Assembly: GCA_016200445.1 (NCBI GenBank)
Contig: JACQEQ010000285.1
Coordinates: 1-32,580 of the forward strand
Reading direction: 5' to 3'
DNA length: 32,580 nt
From: Gammaproteobacteria bacterium
Lineage (GTDB): Bacteria; Pseudomonadota; Gammaproteobacteria; SG8-11
The position numbers and the translations under genes were made by a program. The notes under the pieces are model-generated. The model was not told the DNA's origin. It searched no databases and saw nothing but the letters and a program-made list of their open reading frames with translations. Shown piece by piece: positions 1 through 7,277 of the stretch; within the stretch, counting starts at the first letter, position 1, and each line of letters begins with the position of its first letter.

Positions 1-408
1 TACCTCCATTGCGTTGCCCTGCGCGACCACGCGGTTACCCGATTGCAACAGGTACACCGGGCGCAAGTCCGGCTCAAACGCCGCCTTCGCCACCACCTGG
101 ATTGGCCCCGCGCCCACGGAGAATCCAGCGCGCGAATTGCGTTCGTTGTTCGTAAATTGCCGCACCGTACCGGGATCGGCAGGCTTCACCGCCGCCCGCT
201 TCTCCGGCGGCACATCCAAAGCGGCCAACCCATCGAACTCCACCAGAATGGGGCCCGGTTCATACTTGCCGTGAAATCCGCTGTCGAACATTTTCTTTGT
301 CTCCGTTTTTACTGTCGTTGGCTGCGCCGCAGCCGGATTTCCGCCGCACCAAACTCCTGTCGCAATCGCAATGCTGATTCCGGTGAGCCGCCATGAGTAT
401 CGCCGCAC
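1..408 (-). CDS. signal-peptide protein (possible lipoprotein), N-terminal 136 codons only; gene runs off the left edge
   Basis: Absent from the ORF track because it has no stop in the window. The reverse frame is open from 408 to 1 (no tta/cta/tca triplets in plus frame 1). GTG at 408-406 is preceded by TAAGGAG, an SD that overlaps the TAA stop of the upstream ORF at 418-420, with a 5-nt spacer. The N-terminus MRRYSWRLTGISIAIATGVWCGGNPAAAQP looks like a signal peptide; the Cys context is not a canonical lipobox. Confidence 0.6.
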   Translation of the reverse strand, partial: MRRYSWRLTGISIAIATGVWCGGNPAAAQPTTVKTETKKMFDSGFHGKYEPGPILVEFDGLAALDVPPEKRAAVKPADPGTVRQFTNNERNSRAGFSVGAGPIQVVAKAAFEPDLRPVYLLQSGNRVVAQGNAMEV

Positions 409-417
409 AGTAACTCC

Positions 418-2652
418 TTACAACCTTGTCATCGTGGGCGTAATCCCCGGGGCGACGCTCTTGAGAATTGGGATATAAGCGTCTGCCGTGGTGTAGCCGT
501 TTGCGTCCGTCACGTCATCGCTGAGTCCAAGCCCCTTCAGGATTTCCTGGATCGCGTAGTCCGAGGCGGCCGTCAAAGCGGCGTTCCAAGCCACACCCGC
601 CGGCAACTGGCATCGGATCTGCTTTACATCCCCTCCCCAAACCGTCGAGTTCGCCGTGTCGCGCAGCTTGACAAGCATGTGCGCTCCATTAATAAACGCA
701 TCATTGAACCGCAGTACAAAATGCACATAGCACTTGCTGAATTTGCGCGGGTCACCCGGAACCGCCGGGTTGTCGATATTGAATTCAGCAAACACTTTCC
801 GGTTCAATCCGTTATCAAATGCCTGGAAAATCCGGCGGGCGAAATCGTCCCGGCGCGCTGCGTTCGCAGGATCGGCCGCGATGCCTTCAAATAGCAACGC
901 CAAATTTACGAGCACGACCAGAATTCCGTCTACCGGCGCACCGTCCGAAGCATCCGGCAACACCGAGGTCGTGAACGTTTCCTTGCCTAACTTCATCAGG
1001 TACGCGTCGTAGATTACGGTTGCTGGAGTGTGATATCGCGTGTAGGCCGCCATCGGCCAAGTTGCAAAGCTCCGGCCCGGGTGCGCCGCCCCGGTCGGGT
1101 GGTGCGGCAGTTGATAGTTGTTTTCAGTCCCATGGACGATTTTGTAATTATCTTTCAAATCCGTGAAGTTATTCCGCAACCACTCTGTCAGGCCCCAGAA
1201 ATAACGCGGCCGGATCGCCTTGTTATAGACCATCATGGCCTGGGCGGCGGGCTGATCGAGATTAAAGGGTGCGCCGGGAACATGATTGGAGCCCCAGCCC
1301 TGCTGCCCGAAGGCTGCTTCGTTGCTCGGATATTCGTCCGGCATGCCGAAGCCGTGGCCGCTTTCGTGTGCGCCTGGAAAGCCGCGATCCACCACATGCC
1401 GTCCCGCCACACCTCGGCACTGCCCCTTTCCATCATTACTCATCCAGCTGCCACCTGCGCCTGCCTCCGCCACAACCTTGATATCGAAATGGCATTTTGA
1501 CGCTGCATTCGACGCCGTACCCACTTCAAACGATTGTAGAAAATTCACCACCTGCGCCTTGCTCTTCACCGCCCCTAGCGGTATCAGCCACATCCGGTCC
1601 GGATTATGTGTGTCGTTGCCGGACCAGCGGCTGGCGCAGTCCGCCATATAGTCGCTGCGCCACAGCTTTTGCGCAGCCGGGTCACCCGCCACCGTGCTAC
1701 CCGCGTCGGACACAAAATCGAAGGTGTACTTGTGGAACTGGAATACCGCCGTAGTCTCCATGCCCCCATCCGCCTCGCAACAACGGATCAGCGCCAAGTC
1801 CCAGCGGCCACACTTGTTCGTGCCGTCGTCCTCGGCAATCGCACCCGTCCATTCGTCGTAGCGATTGGTTCCGGGCCGCGGCAAATCACGCGCAAAGAAG
1901 CGGTTGGTAAAGTAAGGCTGGACCGCGAAGTAGGGATGCTTGGCATCTTTAACGAGCGCCCGGTTCGGCGGTGCCGTTCCCGCCGCAACGCCAATCCCGG
2001 CCGCCGTCAAATCCTCCCATGCAACAGCCGCGCGCGCGCCCACGGTCGTCTTCGCCCGTGCCGAGTCAAATTTCACGCGTTGGTCGAACACATCGAACAG
2101 ATTTCCCTTGGCCGCCAGCAGTCGCACCCACTGCGCCGTGTCCGCCAAGTAGTTTGTCTTCATCACAATCCGGCTGAAGTACGGCATGTGGTTCTTCCGG
2201 TCGTGCCGGTAAACGCCTTGTGGTGAATGCCAGCGCTCCTTCGACGGAGCTTGCGGTTTCTCCGGCAAATTCAAGGCAGATCGTTCAAGCGCTGGGTCCG
2301 CCTTGGTCCACTTGGTAGCCACCGGCGCGACCGGCGGCGCTGGCGGCGGAGCGGGCGGCACTGGAACTGCTGGCGCAACGGGTGCCACGGGCGGAACCGG
2401 CTCTACGGCGTTCCAAGCATCTCCCACGAAGGTGTTCACAAACACCGCCACACGGTCGTTCGGAGTCGCGTCTACCTCCGCTTCGTTGTAAGTCCAATCG
2501 AGCGGTTTCAGGCTCTTGTCTGTAAGCTGAATATCGTCCAATGAAAAAATCAGCGGCGCGTCTTCCGACGTCGTGCGCAAAGCCAGCCCCTCAAAAAAGT
2601 CTTGATCCTCGACTTTTTCGCTCAACCGGCAAAATACTGCGAAGACCGCCAC
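418..2652 (-). CDS. large zincin-type metallopeptidase-like protein (HExxHxxGxPDEY motif, M6/M64-like) with a proline-rich linker
   Basis: 744-codon ORF. HESGHGFGMPDEY is encoded at 1330-1368. The PVPPVAPVAPAVPVPPAPPPAPPVAPVA linker lies at about 2317-2400. There is no N-terminal signal peptide. The start is uncertain: GTG 2652 has GGAGGA only 1 nt upstream; TTG 2627 overlaps the upstream TGA as TTGA; or the ORF continues the upstream ORF through a frameshift. Confidence 0.75.
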   Translation of the reverse strand: MAVFAVFCRLSEKVEDQDFFEGLALRTTSEDAPLIFSLDDIQLTDKSLKPLDWTYNEAEVDATPNDRVAVFVNTFVGDAWNAVEPVPPVAPVAPAVPVPPAPPPAPPVAPVATKWTKADPALERSALNLPEKPQAPSKERWHSPQGVYRHDRKNHMPYFSRIVMKTNYLADTAQWVRLLAAKGNLFDVFDQRVKFDSARAKTTVGARAAVAWEDLTAAGIGVAAGTAPPNRALVKDAKHPYFAVQPYFTNRFFARDLPRPGTNRYDEWTGAIAEDDGTNKCGRWDLALIRCCEADGGMETTAVFQFHKYTFDFVSDAGSTVAGDPAAQKLWRSDYMADCASRWSGNDTHNPDRMWLIPLGAVKSKAQVVNFLQSFEVGTASNAASKCHFDIKVVAEAGAGGSWMSNDGKGQCRGVAGRHVVDRGFPGAHESGHGFGMPDEYPSNEAAFGQQGWGSNHVPGAPFNLDQPAAQAMMVYNKAIRPRYFWGLTEWLRNNFTDLKDNYKIVHGTENNYQLPHHPTGAAHPGRSFATWPMAAYTRYHTPATVIYDAYLMKLGKETFTTSVLPDASDGAPVDGILVVLVNLALLFEGIAADPANAARRDDFARRIFQAFDNGLNRKVFAEFNIDNPAVPGDPRKFSKCYVHFVLRFNDAFINGAHMLVKLRDTANSTVWGGDVKQIRCQLPAGVAWNAALTAASDYAIQEILKGLGLSDDVTDANGYTTADAYIPILKSVAPGITPTMTRL

Positions 2653-4157
2653 TCCTCCGGCAAATCGTAGTACTCCAAACGCTTCGCGCCCGGATTGAAG
2701 TCAGCGTCGGTCTTCGCCAGCTTTGTGTATTTGCGCTTCTCTTTGTCCTCGGACTGGATAAACCGGTGGTCCTCATCGGTTTGGAATCGCAGCATTGAAA
2801 CCTGCGCCGGCCGGTGCAGCTCTTTGTTCGCTGCATCGGCCCGGATGATCCACGGCAAGGCCTGCAACAGCTTCTGATTCTTTCCCTCCTCGGTCGCAAA
2901 CACCCAGCTCGAAAAGGTGGTGAGTTTCGCCCACGCCGGCTGTTCATCACTGCGCACCTCTTCGGCATACCCCGCCAGCGGCAGCGGTAACGCCGAAATC
3001 GGCTTGTCGCCGTGATCCTTTTTTCCGTAGCGGCGATCAAAGTATTCAAAGCGGGAATACTGCCAATGCGGATCGAGCGTCAGCACGGCGGGAGCGTCTT
3101 CGGCGCCGACCAGCGTATTAAGATTATCCAGCTTTTCGAACTTCGCCTCGAGCGGGGTGTAGGTCGCTGCCCGCTGCACTCGCCAATCGGAGTTCTTCAA
3201 TGTCCATTCGTCTTTCTCATTCGGCAACAGGAACACTCGCTTGCCTTCCCATGCCTTTTTCCTGGCCTCAGCTCCCGGATCGTCATCGAGCAGAATTTCA
3301 TTATTCTCGATTGCCGTCGCGTCCCAAGCCTCGCAAACCACCCAGGAGGGCTTGGGCTGCTTAAACTTCAGAGTGCACCACAGCTTCGAGCGGTCCACTT
3401 CGATATATTTTTTGCCGTCCGGCGCATCCAACACCCGGCCATCGTCGCCCACCACGGCCTCCACCTTCGTGTCGCCCTCGAAGTAGAGCTGTACTTTGAG
3501 CCCCTTGGGCAGCACCCGTTCTTTTTCCTTCGCGTTCTTGCCGGGGTCCTGGAACTGGAGCTTGAGGTAAATGCGGATGCGCGGAGTCACCTTGAACTCG
3601 AGCAGCTTATCGTCATCAGCCGCGAGCGTAATTTCCTGGGTGTCGCCCGGCGCTTCGATCCGGAACAGGGGTGCGACTTTGTCGCGGAACTTGATCTTGA
3701 CTTTATAAGTCCCAGGCACCAGGTCTTCCAACGCAACCTCTTTGTTGCCGTTCGAGTCACGATCCGCGACCGGGGCTTCGATCTTGGTCACGATCATTTG
3801 TGCTCCGGGGACCAAACGCGACGGCTTGTCTTTGTCCGTAACGATAAGGCGGAGCCTGCATAATTTCCTTTGACTGGGCGCGACCTGTTCTTCAAGGGGG
3901 GCTGGCGTATCAACTTGCTTAGCGCTTATCACCGTTGCGTGCGCTTGCTGGACAGGCGTGTACTCGTGCCGCAGGGCAAGTCTGCCGGTTGACCGCAGGT
4001 CCGCCACGTGCGCACGCACTTGCGCGTCGCTCATGCGGCTGATATCCGAAAATCCCGGTCGTGTGGCGAGCTGTCTGCGCAAACTTGCACCGTCTTCTTC
4101 GAACGGGTCGCGCGGCATGAACCGGGCATCGCCTGCGTCGCCAAACGGTTTTGTCAT
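2622..4157 (-). CDS. hypothetical beta-rich protein with a carboxypeptidase-regulatory-like (Ig/beta-sandwich) segment
   Basis: The ORF track gives 2622..4175 with a TTG start. ATG at 4157 is preferred because AAGAGG lies 4 nt upstream (product begins MTKPFGDAGD). The segment LRLIVTDKDKPSRLVPGAQMIVTKIEAPVADRDSNGNKEVALEDLVPGTYKVKIKF resembles CarboxypepD_reg-type beta-sandwiches. No signal peptide. It overlaps the next ORF by 31 nt. Confidence 0.7.
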   Translation of the reverse strand: MTKPFGDAGDARFMPRDPFEEDGASLRRQLATRPGFSDISRMSDAQVRAHVADLRSTGRLALRHEYTPVQQAHATVISAKQVDTPAPLEEQVAPSQRKLCRLRLIVTDKDKPSRLVPGAQMIVTKIEAPVADRDSNGNKEVALEDLVPGTYKVKIKFRDKVAPLFRIEAPGDTQEITLAADDDKLLEFKVTPRIRIYLKLQFQDPGKNAKEKERVLPKGLKVQLYFEGDTKVEAVVGDDGRVLDAPDGKKYIEVDRSKLWCTLKFKQPKPSWVVCEAWDATAIENNEILLDDDPGAEARKKAWEGKRVFLLPNEKDEWTLKNSDWRVQRAATYTPLEAKFEKLDNLNTLVGAEDAPAVLTLDPHWQYSRFEYFDRRYGKKDHGDKPISALPLPLAGYAEEVRSDEQPAWAKLTTFSSWVFATEEGKNQKLLQALPWIIRADAANKELHRPAQVSMLRFQTDEDHRFIQSEDKEKRKYTKLAKTDADFNPGAKRLEYYDLPEEWRSSQYFAG

Positions 4158-4231
4158 GGCGCCTCTTATAGACAATTTTTAACGACGAGAAATACGTAAG
4201 CACACTTACTGGACTGCTTTGGGTACTCAGA

Positions 4232-4307
4232 TGGTGCCGGGTAGAGGAATCGAACCCCCGACCTGCCGCTTACAAGGCGGCTGCTCTACCGACTGAGCTA
4301 ACCCGGC
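4232..4307 (-). tRNA. tRNA-Thr (anticodon UGU)
   Basis: 76-nt cloverleaf read on the minus strand. Acceptor GCCGGGT/ACCCGGC; D arm GCTC-AGTCGGTA-GAGC; anticodon arm GCCGC-CTTGTAA-GCGGC (anticodon TGT); T arm GGGGG-TTCGATT-CCTCT; encoded CCA end. Confidence 0.93.
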
Positions 4308-4343
4308 TAAAAGATACGGCGGCCATTTTAAACGTGATGGGGA

Positions 4344-5273
4344 TTATTTACACGCGCGCTGTTGCTTTTCGACCTTTTCGGTTCCGCTGACCACATCTTT
4401 GATCTGCGCCGCCGTGATACTGCGCCGCGCATTTTCGTCGACATCGACCCAATACTGCGTGGTGCTGTCGAAGTGTTTTTCAACCACCGGCCGAAAACCC
4501 AATTTAACCAGGGCGTTGACGCGTTTGTTGGCCTGCGCCTCCGAATCGTATTTACCCAGCGAGATCATGTTTTCGTATTCGCCGTTGCTGATGATGCTGG
4601 CGTCGGCGACTTTTTTCTTACGCAACTCTTCCAACCTTTTATTCGCAGCGCGTTCATCCTTGGTGGCTTCGATTACCCACCATTGCTGGGTACTGCGGAT
4701 TTCGTGTTCACGGACGGTGGTTCGCAACCCCAAACCCAGACCGACTAGCCTGGCCATGACGCTTTCGGCATTGCTCAATACGCTGAAGGGACCAAGCGCA
4801 AAACAGGCCGTGGCTGCGGGCTCGGCCGCCGGACGCGGGCGTTCGCGAGCGGCGCGTTCTTCGTTTTTACGTGCCGCCAGATTGGCCTCGATGCGTTCCG
4901 CCTGGCGTGCTTCAGCGGCCAAAACCTTTCTTTCGAGCTCGGTGAGCGGCGGCACCGTCTCGATTACGGGAGTTACCGGCGGCGGAGTACGAACGTTATC
5001 TGCATTGCGCGCCGCCCCCGGGCGCAACGCAGCATCGTCCGCTGACGCTCGCGCTGGATCGCGCGTCCGCTGGGCGCTCGTGTTAGCGGGCTCGGAAGTT
5101 TCGGCCGGACTCTTGGTACCGCTTTCGACTTCGTGCAACAGCCGTATCGACTTATTGCCGCCGGGCGATTTTGTCGCCGACACCGCCACCGGCTCGTTGG
5201 AAGGCTGGTGTAATTGATGCCAAATCAGAAACGCGGCATTGACGAACAACAACAGAAAAAATGCCCACCTCAT
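4344..5273 (-). CDS. SPOR domain-containing membrane-anchored protein
   Basis: N-terminal TM helix MRWAFFLLLFVNAAFLIW, then a low-complexity Ala/Pro/Arg linker, then a C-terminal SPOR-like repeat (FALGPFSVLSNAESVMARLVGLGL ... ISLGKYDSEAQANKRVNALVKLGF). It has a 4-nt ATGA overlap with coaX and sits in the usual position downstream of birA-coaX. Confidence 0.8.
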   Translation of the reverse strand: MRWAFFLLLFVNAAFLIWHQLHQPSNEPVAVSATKSPGGNKSIRLLHEVESGTKSPAETSEPANTSAQRTRDPARASADDAALRPGAARNADNVRTPPPVTPVIETVPPLTELERKVLAAEARQAERIEANLAARKNEERAARERPRPAAEPAATACFALGPFSVLSNAESVMARLVGLGLGLRTTVREHEIRSTQQWWVIEATKDERAANKRLEELRKKKVADASIISNGEYENMISLGKYDSEAQANKRVNALVKLGFRPVVEKHFDSTTQYWVDVDENARRSITAAQIKDVVSGTEKVEKQQRACK

Positions 5274-6022
5274 GAGGTACTCCCGAAGACCGCCAAACCA
5301 TCCAATACCAAATAAGGTTCGTGGCGCAGCGTGCCGCGCAGCAAGGGCAATAGCACCGGGGCATCGCCGCCGGTAATCACGCCGCTGACGGGGGCATTTA
5401 AATTACGCTGCGCATCTGTCAACACCCGATCAACAAAGGCGGCTGCGGTGAGGCGCGTGCCGGCCAGAACCCCGGCTTGGGTATCCGTCGCCAGCCAGAC
5501 TTCCGGCGCCGTTAGGTCTTGCTGCAGGCCACCGATCCCGGAGGTGTCGCGCGTCAGCGCACTGCACATCGTCACCAAGCCGGGAGTGATCAATCCGCCG
5601 CGATGCTGTCCACCGGCATCGAACACATCCGCCGTGATGGCTGTGCCGCAATCGATCACACACACCGCCGTATCGGGCAGAATGCGGCGCGCGGCGATCA
5701 TTCCCAGCCAGCGATCCACGCCCAGCCGGTCGGCGCGCACATAGGAATTTGTCACACCATGGCCCTGCTTCTGCGCATGCGCGAATTCGGTGTGCAGTTG
5801 CCAGCGTTTCTGTACCCAGTCGTAGAGCGCATCGGCGATTTTAGTGCCGACCACGTTCGACACCAACACGCGCTCGGGCGCCGCGATCCCGCGCCATTGC
5901 GCATCCAGATTACGCGCGAACAACGCGGGCTCGTGCGCCACCGCGCCCGTGCGGGTGTGCACGCCGCCTTCCCATAAGGACCACTTCATGCGCGTATTGC
6001 CGATATCTGCCAACAGCATCAT
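5270..6022 (-). CDS. coaX: type III pantothenate kinase
   Basis: MMLLADIGNTRMKW N-terminus typical of CoaX, and 250 aa from ATG 6022. The ORF-track start at 6244 is a read-through of the upstream repeat element. GAGG lies 8 nt upstream of ATG 6022. Confidence 0.9.
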   Translation of the reverse strand: MMLLADIGNTRMKWSLWEGGVHTRTGAVAHEPALFARNLDAQWRGIAAPERVLVSNVVGTKIADALYDWVQKRWQLHTEFAHAQKQGHGVTNSYVRADRLGVDRWLGMIAARRILPDTAVCVIDCGTAITADVFDAGGQHRGGLITPGLVTMCSALTRDTSGIGGLQQDLTAPEVWLATDTQAGVLAGTRLTAAAFVDRVLTDAQRNLNAPVSGVITGGDAPVLLPLLRGTLRHEPYLVLDGLAVFGSTS

Positions 6023-6295
6023 CCTAGTAACCTCAGTTGAACGGTCTGCGGAGTGCGACCCGTTGAGTGTAGGGCAAGGCGCAATGAGCGAGGAATAGCC
6101 AGCTATTCCGATGATTCCTATCGCGCTGGTATTTGCGCGAGGTAGGACGAGTTGCAACGCCGCCATGCGCGCAACGGGGCGTGCTCCACAGACCGTAGCG
6201 GGCCTCACGCCGAGGCTGAAGTCTGGAAAAACTAAAAATATCAATACCTGCGCACACTTGCTTATGCCTCGCAGCGGTCAACTGGGGTTTCTAGG
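6023..6295. mobile_element. MITE-like non-autonomous element, copy 1 (273 bp)
   Basis: Termini CCTAGTAACCTCAGTTGAAC (6023-6042) and GTCAACTGGGGTTTCTAGG (6277-6295) are inverted repeats (about 17/19). A perfect 5-bp direct repeat ATCAT flanks the element (6018-6022 and 6296-6300). It aligns along its whole length with 11736-11972 apart from a 36-bp indel. Central hairpin GGAATAGC-CA-GCTATTCC at 6092-6109. No transposase. Confidence 0.85.
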
Positions 6296-6296
6296 A

Positions 6297-7277
6297 TCAT
6301 GTGGGAATTCCTCGCAAGCTCAGTTCTCCGGAAGCATAAGCGCGGGTAGCGCCACCTTCTGCGAATAATAACGCACCCTGCGCGTCGATGCCGTCCACCG
6401 TGCCGCGCAACGTGTGCTGCGGCAAGTGTAGTTCCGCTGCCTTGCCCACGTAAGCATCGCGCGCGCGCCAGCGCGGCAGAAAATTTGCGAAGCCGTCGCG
6501 CTCGAACGTCTGCAACGCTAGTAGCACGTGTTGCAACAGCATCGCCGCCAGATGATTGCGCGCCGGCATCAGGCCGGTAATCGATACGATGTCGACCCAC
6601 GGTTGCTCGATGGCGGACGCCGCCTCGGCTGCCATCGCCACATTGATACCGATACCGGCGACGACATAACATGGCCCGGAAGACTCGCCGGCCATTTCTA
6701 CTAACACACCGGCCAGCTTCCGGTTCTGCCACACGACATCGTTGGGCCACTTCAAGCCAACACCTGGCACCGCAGCGGCGTGCAGGGCTTCGGCGACGGC
6801 AACTCCTAGCGCGAGACTCAAACCGCCCGCCACCGCAGCACCGGAATTAAAACGCCATAACACCGACAAATAAATGTTGCCGCCAAACGGCGATACCCAG
6901 GCGCGGCCGCGCCGTCCGCGGCCCGAGGTCTGCGTTTCGGCCAGACACGCCCAGCCGCCCGGCGCGCCGCGTTGCGCATGTTCCACCAGATAGGCATTGG
7001 TCGACGGCAATTCCAGATGTACGTCTAAACGTTTCAACGCTGTACGCGCCGGCGGCGACAGCGCGTCGAGAATCTCGTTCGCCGCCAGCAACTCTAACGG
7101 TTCCGGCAAGCGATAACCTTTGCCCGCAACTGCATAGGCGTCGATACCGAGGGCTTTAAGTTTCTGCAGATCGTTCCAAATCGTCGCACGCGTCACACCT
7201 AACTCTTCGCCCAGTGCGACCCCGGAATGAAAGCGGCCGTCGGCGAGCAGGCGCAACAACGCATGCGTATTGCTCAT
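6297..7277 (-). CDS. birA: bifunctional biotin--[acetyl-CoA-carboxylase] ligase / biotin operon repressor
   Basis: N-terminal HTH (LGEELGVTRATIWNDLQKLKALGI), the biotin-protein-ligase GRGRRGRAW motif, 326 aa, and synteny with coaX. Confidence 0.93.
   Translation of the reverse strand: MSNTHALLRLLADGRFHSGVALGEELGVTRATIWNDLQKLKALGIDAYAVAGKGYRLPEPLELLAANEILDALSPPARTALKRLDVHLELPSTNAYLVEHAQRGAPGGWACLAETQTSGRGRRGRAWVSPFGGNIYLSVLWRFNSGAAVAGGLSLALGVAVAEALHAAAVPGVGLKWPNDVVWQNRKLAGVLVEMAGESSGPCYVVAGIGINVAMAAEAASAIEQPWVDIVSITGLMPARNHLAAMLLQHVLLALQTFERDGFANFLPRWRARDAYVGKAAELHLPQHTLRGTVDGIDAQGALLFAEGGATRAYASGELSLRGIPT

Noticed and set aside
1-274. Tested whether the HpnE-like frame at the right edge continues into the left edge (circular or permuted window).
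   Set aside because: Joining 32580 to 1 keeps an open frame (it is the track ORF 14..274 frame), but the product (DTSIALPCATTRLPDC...) lacks the LAGDW/PATIEGA motifs expected after EKRATF. The minus-strand gene 408..1 explains this DNA better.
2611-2621. GCGAAAAAGTC (A AAA AAG-like slippery sequence) near the junction of the two large ORFs.
   Set aside because: It lies downstream of the TGA stop of the upstream ORF, so it cannot mediate programmed -1 frameshifting from that frame. The T4 run at 2631-2634 is the only plausible indel site.
3012-3863. Long antisense ORFs in the track (for example 3012..3863 +, 1606..2226 +, 4399..5217 +, 16971..17648 +, 18885..19445 -, 21015..21497 -, 14433..15116 -).
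   Set aside because: Each lies opposite a longer ORF with clear family motifs. Their products are Arg/Ala/Pro-rich low-complexity strings of the kind typical for the reverse strand of GC-rich genes.
4176-4343. Looked for island hallmarks around tRNA-Thr: an integrase, a direct repeat of the tRNA 3' end, or additional tRNAs.
   Set aside because: None is present within the window, so the island idea for 1-4231 stays an inference from position only. No CRISPR repeats, rRNA or IS transposase genes were seen anywhere in the window either.
6023-6244. 74-codon N-terminal extension of coaX in the ORF track (MIFLVFPDF...ADRSTEVTR), and the similar 50-codon extension of livF (11736-11885).
   Set aside because: Both extensions are the MITE-like repeat read in the phase of the downstream gene. 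The canonical N-termini (MMLLADIGNTRMKW for CoaX, SLLELKQF for LivF) begin exactly at the element boundary with GAGG 8 nt upstream, and the resulting lengths of 250 and 236 aa are typical for these families.
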